The notes: generated from the letters alone by a model not told the origin. Positions 37,842-50,049 are shown, counted from the whole stretch's first letter. The stretch: 63,973 nucleotides of DNA, filler included, from Dimorphilus gyrociliatus (GCA_904063045.1; 4 parts of 4 records of this genome joined end to end with filler, not necessarily neighbours in it), one strand, 5' to 3'. Made by a program: numbers and translations.

Positions 37842-39213
37842 TAAGTTTTCTTGTTCTTATTTCTTTGTTAGAAATAATATAAGACTTTTTATATCCATTA
37901 TTATTTTCCTAAATGATCTTATATAATTCCTATATTTATTAGATAAGCTTCCTTGCATAAACACAATTTATTTAATAATTGAATTTGTTTTATTTTTTTT
38001 TGTTTTTATATTTCTTTAAAGAATTTTCTTGATTTAATTTTGATATTAAAAAAATTTTAAAAGCTTATTTTATTTTTTATTTTTGTAAATTTTTATTAAG
38101 GGAAACATTTTTTTAAGGAGACTGAATTGTAGATGAAATATCATCTTGGAAAGCATTTATTAAATAACTTATAATGCTGCATTGCGTTCTATTAGCGATC
38201 TCAATTTATTTTTGTATCTTAAGAGTTAACTTCCATTTCACTTAAGTTCTCTTTGAATGATAAAAGCTGATATCTTTCTTGCCCATGATTTTAATTAAAC
38301 TATAAATTTAAATAATATATACAACTTTTATAGTAAATTCTTTATATAAATCAAAATCCTATCAGATAACGATAGCTTTTAGGTGTATTGTTATTATATA
38401 TCGAAATAAACTATCATTATCATCTTATTAATTATTATAAATAAATTAAAACTTACAGTTATTGTACATTACTTTAATTAAGTTTTATTTCTCGGTACTC
38501 CCTTCATTGGGATTATAGTTTATCATGCTTTTTCTTCTAGGATCATCTCGTGATCTTAGCTTTGTTCCATCTCCTTTTTTCTTGTTAAGGTGGATCATCT
38601 TTTGTTTTTTTTTTGTTTTCTCTCTGGATTTTCTGTCTCCCTAGTTGTTAAACTAGGTTTCATTCCTAACTGAAATAGCAGCCACTTACTCTCTCCTATT
38701 ATCTTTCGACTTTTGCTATAGCTTTCAAAATAGATGATTTTGTCTTTTATTAAAGACGTTGACATTGAGGGACCAAAAAAAACAATTTTATAAATCTCCC
38801 ACCAAATTTAGAATGCCTGATTTCGAAAAAAGACGTCGTTTTTAATATATTTTATATTAAATGGATTCTATTTCATAGAAACTTATTTTTTATCAAAATA
38901 TTATCTTTAACATTTAACAGATATTTGTTTCTTTATAAAACATTAAAAAAATAATTAAAGTGAAAAGAAATATAGTCTGAATTTTTAGATAGAACTTGTT
39001 ATTTCACTTACAGAATCAAGATTGTAGAAAACATTAAAGATACTGTATTATTTTAAAAGTAAAGACATAACTTTTTAGTGTAAATTTTAAAAACTTTCTA
39101 ACTAAAAATGACTTCAACAATTTTTTGAGTTTAAGGTGCTGTTTTTCATATACTTAAAGTTTCTGGTTTAATGAAATTATAAAATAAAAAAAACAAGCAG
39201 AGGAAAAGAATTG

Positions 39214-39630
39214 GGATCAGGGTTAAAAATTTCCCCTATAGGGGAAATTTTTAACCCTAACTTTAATATATGACATTTAACCTAGAAAATGAATTATCAC
39301 TTATTTTACACAATCGAACTTCTTTAATACAATATTTAGGAAGTAAAGTACTTTAAAAAGCATTGTGTTTTGTGAGGATTGTGGTAACATTTTAAAAGGA
39401 GTAAAGTATAAAAAAAACAGAACATTGAATCTTTATGGAACAAATTGAAACATAGAATGAAAAAGTTAATGGGTAGTAGTGAAAATGATCTCAATGAATA
39501 TTTAAAAGAGTGGATATGGAAAGATAATATTGGTTTAAAAAATTTTGAAAATGTTATAAATTTAATTAAATTATTATTATCAAAATTTTTAACCCTAAGA
39601 TGACATAGGGGAAAATTTTAACCCTGATCC
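39214..39630 (+). mobile_element. Non-autonomous Merlin deletion derivative (417 bp), third family
   Basis: TIR GGATCAGGGTTAAAA(A/T)TTTCCCCTAT and 8-bp TSD AAGAATTG. Remnants FCEDCGNIL and NIESLWNKLKHRMKKLMG..EYLKEWIW. Confidence 0.88.
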
Positions 39631-40499
39631 AAGAATTGCATTATAAATTTTGTAACAATGATTGGATACTTATTATTGAAAAGAAAGCGTAAACTATAAA
39701 TAAAAAAATTATAATATAATAGATTTTTAAGTCTGGATATCTTAGCTAAACAGCTTTACTATTGGCTACTAATTATTACAGATTAAGTAGATTAGTTAAT
39801 AAAAAACATTATTTAGTATGTTCATAAATAACTTAAAACCATTTTTATCATTAAAAGCTTATTTTCACTGATTTCAAGCTTTTAATTTATATTGAAAAAA
39901 CTTTATTTTATTGTAATTAAGTTCTTCTATTTTTACTTTTAGAATCATTAAAGTAATATTTTGTTGTATGTAATTGTACTCCATCTATTTTCAAGCCCCA
40001 TATGATACGAGTCTGGATCGATATAACTTTTTAAAATAAATCAAATAGAGCATAATTATACTTTAAATTTGTTTTTTATAAGGAAATGGGCAAGGGTATA
40101 ATTGTGACCCTGCCAAAATAGCTAAGTTATTTTCTATTTATGGACTTTCATCAATAAGTTAACAGCTTCAAAACAGTGTTTTAAAATAGTAAATAAGTTT
40201 CTTAATTTTGGCTTTTGTACTATTTTCATCTTTCTATAACTACCACATAATATTAAAGTCTTGTCATTATTAACTTGGTGAATCTTATAGGTTTCTGTTT
40301 CATATAAGGAGTTTTTAATTATAGTATTACTGTTGAGTTTACTAGGTCTATACTCTTTAAGTTATAGAACTTTGTTGCCAATTATTATATTAGCAGAGTG
40401 ACTGATTTATACTGCATATGACTGGTATTATTTCATGACTACTATTGCGTTATTATTCATGTTAATGATTTGGTACAATATGCTCAGGTTCCTACCTCT

Positions 40500-41075
40500 A
40501 AATAAAATGAACGGCTTTGTCTTTGTTGCGCTATGTGGTGTGTTATTATATTTATAATTATTTCTGTTAATTGCCTAGTCCATTTAAAGTTATTCCCTCA
40601 ATTCCCCTTTATTAACTTGTCTTTTATAGCTCTGTCACAGCGTTCTACTTGTCCTTGACAACTTGGATGATAGAGCTTTACTCTATACATTTCTAAAACA
40701 CTTTTGACCCATTTATTCACAAATTCTTGTCCATTATCGGTGTGAATACTTTTTCATGGGCCTTCGCTTTGAAGTAATTTTTCAAGTATGTCAGGAAATA
40801 TACAACCATGCTTTGAGGCAGCTGGATACACAAAGCCAAATTTAGAATATGAGTCTATACTTGTATATCATTACTTCATTCCATCACTTATATTAGCAAA
40901 GCTCGAAAAATCAATAAGGTCGACCATTAGTCTTCCACTAGCAGTAATCTTTTTTGATGTTTCAGGGAGGAAGCTTTTGACATCAAGTTTTATTATTGGA
41001 CAGTATTTCCCATTTGTCAACATAAAAATATTGTTTTTACTCAATTGATCTGACTCATGATATTTTTAATATCTT
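40500..41075 (-). pseudogene. Retroviral-like (rve) integrase relic
   Basis: KYHESDQLS.., RLMVDLIDF, SIDSYSKFG, IHTDNGQEFVNK, HPSCQGQVERCDRAIK, YNNTPHSATK..PF with stops and frameshifts. Confidence 0.75.
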
Positions 41076-42223
41076 ATCGTTCAAAACCAGTTCATAATAC
41101 AGATTACCACTTTTTCTATATGATCTTTCTTTATAATAGGCTCACCACTTTCAAGATACAATATTTGCTTTCCCTTCTAAAGCTCCTCCTCTGTTCCTGA
41201 TTGAAACCTTCTTTGTATACTTTATAGCTAAGATATCTAACTATCAGGGGTCTTCTAATAAATCAATCTTTATTAAACTCCCCATACTTTATTAGACAAA
41301 AGGCTTTTATACAGATTTAAAATATTTTAAAGCCTTTAACAATGATGAAAGTCCATAAAATGAAGATATTTTATAGTATTTTGATAGAGACCACAATTAT
41401 ATACCAGGCCTTTCCTATTTAGAATAAAGTCAATCATAAGCATTCTCTACTTGATTTACTTTAAAAAATTATACCGATCATGTCCCAATTTATATGTTGG
41501 CGCAATTACATATAATAATATATAAAAAAGTTAGTTTTAGAAAGGTCCGCAAAAGCTTGTCAAGTATACTTTTTATCCTATAGAAGTGTCTTTAAATGTG
41601 TTAAATAGTATAAGAACCGGGTTGAAAAGGATTAAATACAATCAATGGAAAGGCATTTAAATCTCTTTTATTTTATTTTTGAAATGATTTTTATAAAAAG
41701 AAAGCTTATTGATCTAGTATAAAATATGGAACCTTGATCTTATTACACCCCCTCTTCTTATCAGTATTATCAGCACTACAAGAATTCTCGAGTCTTAGCA
41801 TCATTTTACTAATCATGAATCTATGATAACATATTCAAAAATTATATAGGTTCGAAAATCCTGTCCAAAGAATAAACTATATAAAATTTTATTGAGAAAC
41901 TTGTAGAGCTCTCATAAATGATTGAAAAAAATAATAAAGTTAAAAATTATATCGAAAAATACAATTTATTTATTATTTAATCGCTTTATAAAACATTATA
42001 CATTGGTTACTGAGCGATTAAAAAAAAAGTTTTTTATTACTTTTTTAATCTTTATATTTTGTTAACTCTTCAAATGGTGAGTGAAAAAGTTAAACACTAT
42101 ATAAGTGAAATTTTGAATGTTAATGCTAAGCCAAATGTTTCTGCTATTTCTTTATTCCTCAGATTCAGAAGTTGAAACGATCTGTTTGAGGAGTATATAA
42201 ATGCAGCAAAGAATTATCCACCA

Positions 42224-43216
42224 ATGATAACATCTTTACACTTCTTTGACAATAACAAAAATTTAATTTATGGACCTTCTCTGCGATTCGACTTAATCGA
42301 CTCCGATGATATAGCATCGAAAAGAATGAAAAATGGGTATCTTGTTTGTAGATTTTCTAATATGGATAAATGCATTGCAATATCTGTTTTAAACGAAATC
42401 TCAGAGCATAAGATGTTTGGTCTTCTTCCTAAAAATTTAACAGAATTTGTCCTTAGAATTTCAGAATATTGGCAAAATGGTTTAGTATTCAATGGCAACG
42501 AAAATAAGGATAAGATAAAATTGGATGTTGTTGAGCACATGGACGCTATTATGAACACCAGAGGTGCAGTTGATTATTCTTATTGTTATGGAACTGTTAT
42601 TTGCAATCCCAAGCTTTCCAAAGAATCTATGCTTAAGCTAGAAATGATAAAGGGGAGCTGGAAAACAAGCGATTCATATAAAATAAAAGAGAATAGAAGA
42701 AAGGACTTCAAGGAAAGCCCTATTAATATAAATATCCCAGAGATGGAAAGTCATTCTATTAAGGACAGAAAGGTAAAACTGTTTAATTATAGCTACGTCG
42801 CATCCGCCCCTATTAAACTTATCAAGAAAAGCTACAACACCTATAACCTTATGGTGAATGTCCCAATTACACACATTAAACTTGTATTTCAAATGCCAAA
42901 GCTTGCCACGAATATACAGGTGCATAGGAATATTGGAGTTGTTAAAATCAACACTCGATTTAACACGATTGAGTGGGAAATTACAGATCCAACAACAACA
43001 GACATTAAGATAGACTATAAAATGCCTAAACTTATGTATGATCAGCTCATGATAGAAGAGTTGAAAGGAAATAGTATCATCAAGGTGGAGTTTAAAGGAG
43101 ATCTACTATCATATTCAGGACTTCAGATTAATAAAGTATTAATTGATGGTAAAATTAAGGAGGCGTGGGTAAATTATACATTCAAATCCAAAAGATATGA
43201 AATATATGATAAATAG
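42224..43216 (+). CDS. Divergent adaptor-protein complex medium (mu) subunit
   Basis: Longin-like start MITSLHFFD; mu-homology motifs IKLDVVEH..G..YGTVIC..KLS and SYSGLQI...WVNY..K..RYEI. Compact and intronless. Confidence 0.8.
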   Translation: MITSLHFFDNNKNLIYGPSLRFDLIDSDDIASKRMKNGYLVCRFSNMDKCIAISVLNEISEHKMFGLLPKNLTEFVLRISEYWQNGLVFNGNENKDKIKLDVVEHMDAIMNTRGAVDYSYCYGTVICNPKLSKESMLKLEMIKGSWKTSDSYKIKENRRKDFKESPININIPEMESHSIKDRKVKLFNYSYVASAPIKLIKKSYNTYNLMVNVPITHIKLVFQMPKLATNIQVHRNIGVVKINTRFNTIEWEITDPTTTDIKIDYKMPKLMYDQLMIEELKGNSIIKVEFKGDLLSYSGLQINKVLIDGKIKEAWVNYTFKSKRYEIYDK

Positions 43217-43881
43217 ATAGACTGTAGAATTTAAAAGACCACATCAAAATAAAACTTTCAAAAAACATATATTTAGAAGTTACCAGGGGGTTTCAAACAA
43301 AAATCAAAGGGTCTGTTTAGCACATTAAACACCAGTTAGAGATATAAAATTTTTATTACTTGTTCAAAACTTCTTAGATTAACAACATAAACCTATATAG
43401 GATTAAACTTTAAAGTACTATTTTTCATTTATGCTACCTTTTCAATATAATAAAAATATACTAGGATAATATAGCTATTTAGGATAAAAACGATATGCTT
43501 TGTGAATCCAGATTAGCCTAGTTTACAACTGAATATATTCATCGAAAATATGAAACTAAATCTTATTCAATAATATTTTGGATAAAGAAGAAGGTTTTCT
43601 ATATATAAAATCTATTTCTAAAAACAATGGTTTAATATCTCAATCTTTTGATAAACATAGGCATCTGAAATTAGTAAATTAGATTTTCTATATTCTATGA
43701 TTAGATTTCTTAGACACAAGATACAAAAAACAGTGTATAAAGATTTTACAGATTTTTACTTTTTTAAAAACAATGATAAATCCATTTTCGATACTTTTTA
43801 CATTCTAAAGCAACTTTGATCGATAAATACAGAAATATTGGTTGATCATATTTTATTAAAAAGTGCTTTGATTATCCCTTT

Positions 43882-44649
43882 ATGAAATTATTAATAAAAA
43901 TTTTAGATGAGGTTCTTATGTTATCCTTACTATTCGAAGAAGTATTATGCTTAGAGAAACATAGTCTATATCATAAACTAGTTTTGATCGCTATTTTATG
44001 TGCTTCTTTGTTTATTTCATTTTTTGGTATTAAAAATAAAAAAATTTGTTTTTTCTTAATATCGCCCTTAATTTGTCATAAAACTGTCATAAACATTAAA
44101 TTCTATACATCAGGCTCAAAGAGCGAATTATCCTTTCTCTTACTTAAATTAAAAGAAGTGCTTTTTACAGCTTTTCATAGTAACTTTTTGCTATATGGGA
44201 CTGTATTTCTAATTACAACTACAATATTATATGTGTTGTTGAACAAAATACATATTCTACTATTTTTTACTATATTGTATATTCTATATAAGCATGAAGT
44301 TATCAACTTCCCAACGAGCTACAGTGATATATACTTTTTATTTAAGTTGTTTGCTGCTATTATTCTAGGATGTATCCTTTACTCATTCTGTAAGTATATT
44401 TCCAGAATAGCATTTGCTCTCTATTTTAGTACTTTTGGATCATTATGTGGAATTTTATGTTTAGATAATTTATTTCTATATAAAATAAAGCTATTTGGCT
44501 GTATTACTGAATGGATCTTGAGTGAAGGGGACTTAAGTATCAGTTCTGCTATCTTTGTACTTTTATCTATTACAATTAGCTTTATAAATCAGCTGGGTTG
44601 GATTATAAAGCAGAGTAAGAGAGAGCAAACAGTGTTTCGGGTCCTATAA
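43882..44649 (+). CDS. Multi-pass membrane protein (DUF4203/TM7S3-like, tentative)
   Basis: About 7-8 hydrophobic segments; ALYFSTFGSLCGILCLDNL resembles the AFxGSxxxxxGxD motif. CCC at -6. Confidence 0.6.
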   Translation: MKLLIKILDEVLMLSLLFEEVLCLEKHSLYHKLVLIAILCASLFISFFGIKNKKICFFLISPLICHKTVINIKFYTSGSKSELSFLLLKLKEVLFTAFHSNFLLYGTVFLITTTILYVLLNKIHILLFFTILYILYKHEVINFPTSYSDIYFLFKLFAAIILGCILYSFCKYISRIAFALYFSTFGSLCGILCLDNLFLYKIKLFGCITEWILSEGDLSISSAIFVLLSITISFINQLGWIIKQSKREQTVFRVL

Positions 44650-44840
44650 TTTTTATATAAAGTCGCAAATATAATTTACCAGTGAACAATAACCGTTTAC
44701 ATTGTAAATTCGTCTTAAATCAAGTTATAAAAGATCGTTCAGTACAAAACCTATACAGAAGAAGGTGAGCTTTGGCTTATTTTAATATTAAATAAATGTT
44801 TATTGTTGATTATCATGTTATTTTTTATTAAAAATCTATA

Positions 44841-46272
44841 CAGTCTGTAAAAAAAGTGAACAAGAAAAATTTATAAGCAAATTTATGAAAACAACAATTT
44901 TATATTTACATAATACCTTAAAAGAATAAACAATGATCATGATAGTAACAAGTATCATTTTGAAAGATTCTATTATCAGCTTAACTTCATTTTATCTCAA
45001 GAAAACTTTTTGGACTGTAAAAAAAAGTGAACAAGATTGTAAAGCATCATTTACCTCCAACAACGTATAAATGGTATCTAAACCCCCCCATTATGGCTAA
45101 AAGTATTGATGATGAAACAAGATGGAGTATAATTCTACTATATAAAGAAAAAATGACTTTAATAAAAATCTCGGAAAAAAAGGATTAGTCCCTCCACAAT
45201 ACATAATATTATTAATAAACATATAAATCATGGTACAACCAAACATTTAGGAAATAATGAAAGGCCTTCAAAGCTTTCAACGCGTTTGGCTACTTATCTT
45301 TTAGATCAGAACAACAAAAACAGATTCATTTGAACAAGAAAAATGGTAGATAAAATAGGAAAGGTTTGTGATGTAACTATATCTTACACTTCCATAAAAA
45401 ATTAGTTTAACATGCTAGAGATCATAGCTTATAGACCCTATTCAAAGCCTCTTTTAAAACAGAACCATATATTTTCAAGATATAGTGCAAGCAGAAGATG
45501 GTTAAAGATGCCAGAAAGTAAACTAAAAACGATGACATTTTCTGATGAGTCGAAATTTAACCTATGTAACAATGATGAAAGTCCATGTGTATGAAGAACA
45601 AAGACTAATAAACTTGATTCTAAGAATATTAAGAAAACTGTCAAATTTGGAGAAGGATCAGTAATGTTTTGGGGCAGTTTTTCATACTATGGTGTAGGCG
45701 AATTGAGATTTATTGAAACAAAGATGGATGCTGCATACTATTGCAACATGCTATCTAGTTATTTATTTGCTTCTGTACAAAAAATGGGGTTAACGGAGTA
45801 TTTATTTGTTCAGGATAACAACCCAAAGCATACAAGTAAGCTTGCAAAAGAGTTTTTTGTAGAAAGTAAAGTTAATTTAGAACTATGGCTTGCACAGTCC
45901 CTTGATTGTAACCCAATGGAGCGTCTTTGGGCCATTATTAACATGCTAATAGAAATGAAAAACTTTAAAAAAGGTGAACTAAAAGAGGCAATTATGAAAG
46001 AGTAGAATTCAGTAACATCAGAAATGTGCAAAAAATTGGCCTTACACTTTGAAAAAACTGCTTATCTAGTATATAAACAAAAAGGTGGCTATATTAATAA
46101 ATAATTATTTTTTAAATAAAATGTTTATAAGCAGATCATAGATTTTTCAAAATCATACTTGTTAGTATCATGATTATTGTTCATTTTTTTAATATATGAT
46201 GTAAATAAAAAATTATTAATTTTCAAGAGTTTTTTAATAGATTTTCCTTGTTCACTTTTTTTTTACGGACTG
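44841..46272 (+). mobile_element. Tc1-family DD34E transposon, IR/DR type, decayed
   Basis: TA flanks; imperfect TIR CAGTC(T/C)GTAAAAAAAGTGAACAAG; inner repeat at 45015-45035. Transposase from 45093 has frameshifts and stops, with FSDES, VQDNNPKH and DCNPME. Confidence 0.88.
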
Positions 46273-48629
46273 TATATCTTTATTGCTCTTTTTGATTGTA
46301 TAACTATGAAAGACCGTTTTTATAAATTTATTTCCAAGGATAAACTCTTCCAAGCTTATTTATATCAAAGCTTACGGTATCTTATGAATTCTTTAATACT
46401 AAAGACGTACCATTTTATCTTCAGCTGCCATAAATTACTTTGTACTGTATTTGGCAGATAATTACAGCAACTTTAAGTGATATCCCCACTCTTTCTTTTA
46501 TATCTAGAATCCTCTATTTAGGTGTTATTTTCTGCTTGCTTTTATCTATTACATATGAATATAAGTTTAGCCTGATTTTAATACTTCCTTGTATATTTAT
46601 ATCCATTACAAAAGCTATGCATGTGATATATATTTTTATAGTTTGTCAATAACTATATTTCCTTCCACTATAGGTATAAATGAACATTTTAATATGCTTA
46701 AATCACTTATGTCTTCGTCTTGATTGGTATAAGTAAACTTGTAAAAGAGTATTCAAAATATAAAAACCATTATATTTAACTACATACACGCCCTTCTACA
46801 ATGTTTATTTATTATGAGTGGTTATTTATATGTATTGATATGTGCAATAAAAACAATATTACTTAAAATACTAAACATTAAAAGCTTGGGTAAGAAATTA
46901 CAGAGAAATCATATGAATAGAGATTTCCTGTTTTTTAACGCTTGATTACATGCAAGACCTCCTTACAATGTAAATAAATTAAAAAGTTCCTCTCCTCTCG
47001 ATATTACTACCTAAAAGCAGAAACGGACTCATAATATAATTTGTAATTTTTCATACAGTCTAAAAAAGTATATTCTGAGAATGAGGTTAAATTAATACAC
47101 TATTGAAGGAAGTCCACAAATATTATCTGTTTAAAAATGGAGGTAAAGGACATACTTTTTGAATAGCAAATCTAATGAATTCAATGTTTATTGTATATAA
47201 TAATTAATTCTATCATAATTAAATATGAGTATAATATAAACAGATTTATATTCTTGGGTTATAAGAAATTCTAGGAATAAACACTTGTTGTATCTATTTA
47301 TAAAATAAATAAAGAATAAAATAGACTCTCAAAGCTTTATTAAATAGAAAATTAACTTGAAGATTCAATATAAATTAGTTAATATAGGCTGCAACCAAGC
47401 CAAAAAGGCTTAATGTCCTTTAGAACGTCGTTTAAATATTATAAAATCTACTTCAGATATAGAAAAAATTGAATTAAATTTTCGTAATTGATTTAATTTC
47501 ACGAAGTATACAATAGACAGTTCAGTATCGTATTAACATATATTTTTATCAATAAAATAAACGGTCCTTTTTCCACATCTATAATAATGAAAACAGTCTT
47601 TCAAAGAAATAGCATTTATGGGGGAGGGGGGAATTGCGTACACAACACTTATTTAAGTTCTATATATAAATAGCAAGGGGTCTAAAATAATACAAGAAAA
47701 AAACATACACGCATTAGTAAGTAATTAAACAACTAGAACATTCCAATGCAGAGTTATATTCCACCCAGTTTGTATAAAACAATAGAAAATATATGCATGG
47801 TTATAACTTAATCTTAAAATATCCCATTGTATTACTATATACAATCCTTGAAGTCCTCCTGGTTTTTATAAACCTCTTAAATGTTTAAATTAAAAATGCC
47901 TGTAATATTAACGTATAATATTATACTAATTTCAAATAAGTCTTCTAAAGGTCGGCTTTTTTCTAGAATATTAGGAAGGTTAATAATAATTTTATAATAT
48001 ACGAGATGTTTAACTACAGAGGATATCCGCGTTTTTTAATTTATTTGAGTCAAGAATATACATTTTTTAGCTTTATTATGAACTTTTAATAAAAATACAA
48101 TCAAATCTCTACAATGTAAATATTCACTCATAAAAAAAAGAAATTAAATCTTAATCAAAGGTATTTTATATTACTCTTTTCTCCTCTCTTCTCTTCTTTT
48201 GTCGTTTTTCAGTCTTATTAAGTCTACTTTTTCCTTGAATTGATGAAAATTATTTTTTTTTTAGTTGTCAGTTCATCTCAATGGAACTCAATACCTTTTA
48301 GGTAAGCTTCTTTGTATGAACACACCTTCCCTTAATAATTTAATTCATTTGACTTTCTTCATATCAATATTAACTTTGTAACTCTCTGTTTAAAGTTTAT
48401 AAAGAGAAGATCTGAAAAAATCTAATTTTTTCTCCTATATTATTTTAAGAAGCTGTGAACATCCATATTAGAGAACTCTGACTGTATAAGCACTTATATA
48501 AAATAATGAAAAATTTTATAACTTTTAAAAGCAAAAAGATCACTTATTTTGAATGGGATGTTTCTATCTAGAACACGCTTCTTTTGATTAATAATTAGGG
48601 TGTTAGGCTTATGTTATAAGAGACATTGG

Positions 48630-48729
48630 NNNNNNNNNNNNNNNNNNNNNNNNNNNNNNNNNNNNNNNNNNNNTTAATTAATTAANNNNNNNNNNNNNNN
48701 NNNNNNNNNNNNNNNNNNNNNNNNNNNNN
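48630..48729. other. Synthetic contig spacer
   Basis: 44 N + TTAATTAATTAA (48674-48685) + 44 N. Confidence 0.97.
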
Positions 48730-48746
48730 CAAGAGAAGAGATAGAT

Positions 48747-49825
48747 GTGCAAAATATAATAATGGATGTTGATCATGAAGAAGTGGTTACCCTTATTGAA
48801 ACACTGAATTGTGGTGCAGAGTACAGGCTTGTTGATAATCTTAGTGAAAGCAGCCCTCTTCATGGAAATATATTACATTTGAATGAGAATGATATCAATA
48901 TGGAGGAGTCCTTTGAAAGTATACCAGAGGTGAACTATGACAGCAATGGTAAATTCAGAATATTCCCTACAGGAAGTCAAAAAGGCAAAGAATTACTTGT
49001 ATCTAATGGTCACTCATTTGTTGTCAAAAGAAAAGACAAGACTTCCATAATTTGGAGATGTGGAGTTTTAATGCATTTAATATTCATTTCACTGTTTTTC
49101 AGTGCATTAATCAACTGCTACAATATAAGGAACCAAAAAAGATAGTTATGGATTTTGAAAAAGCTGTTTGGAAAGCTGTATTAAATAATTGGGAAAATGT
49201 AAATCTGTCAGGATGCTTATTCCATTGGAATCAGGCAGTTTATAGAAAAATTCAGGTATTATTCAACCTAAAACTCAAACTGGAGTCATTTTTAATTTTG
49301 TTTTTTTAGGAGCTTGGTTATTCATCAGACTTCAACAAAAAAAATGGACAATGGTTTGAAATGAGACAGCTAATGGCTTTGCCATTCCTTCCATCTCACA
49401 TTATTCCAATAGAGTTTATTAAAATTAAGGATTACCTTAAATCAATTGATAAACTTGCTGATTTTATTGATTATTTTGAAAGAACATGGATTTTGAATGA
49501 TGTTTGGTCACCAAAATGTTGGTCTATCTATCAATGTGCAATCAGAACAAATAATGATGTTGAGGGATTTCACAATAGGTTGAATGGAAATGTTGGAGTG
49601 AATGTTTCATTTTATTCTGTGATAGATGAATTGAAAAGGGAAGCAGACCTTATAGCAGCATATCAAAGAATGTTATCAGAAAAGAAGGTATTAAGATACC
49701 AAAGAAAGCTTTATAAGAACCTCCAAAATAAAATATTTTCAATTTGGGAAAGATTTGAACAGCATGAAATTACTTCATCAGAAGTTCTAGTAAAGTGTTC
49801 TGAACTTTATTTAGTAGCTCAATAA
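48747..49825 (+). mobile_element. MULE transposase copy A (FLYWCH-like N-terminus, middle deleted)
   Basis: GKELLVSNGHSF..IIWRC joins directly to IVMDFEKAVWK..GCLFHW..RKIQ; intron 49256-49309; RTNNDVEGFHNRLN. The first catalytic D segment (WYMDGTF) is absent. Confidence 0.82.
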
Positions 49826-49957
49826 ATAAATCAATTGTTGTTAAATTGCATGATCTTTTAAGTTGTAGTCTCATAATGTATTCAACTCTTCAAATAAACA
49901 CACTTTCAAAATTTAATTCATTTCTTGTTTTATATATTTTAGGTTGAAGAATCCTGT

Positions 49958-50036
49958 GGCTGTTTTCTGTCTCAGTTGGGGCCGTTTTCTGTTCAAGTTG
50001 AGGCCATTTTCTGTTGATTTGTGGCCATTTTCTGTT
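49958..50036 (+). repeat. 4x GGCCATTTTCTGTT-like array, period 21-22
   Basis: Units start at 49958, 49980, 50002 and 50023. Confidence 0.8.
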
Positions 50037-50049
50037 GTATTTGTTGAAG

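Noticed and set aside
19849-46005. Genetic-code reassignment of TAG/TGA to Trp
   Set aside because: The mu-subunit gene ends with TAG exactly at the expected family C-terminus, ordinary genes use TGG, and the in-frame Trp-position stops occur in transposons.
18900-48800. Horizontal transfer of a microsporidian block into an animal chromosome
   Set aside because: Both borders are synthetic spacers, so there is no evidence of physical linkage.
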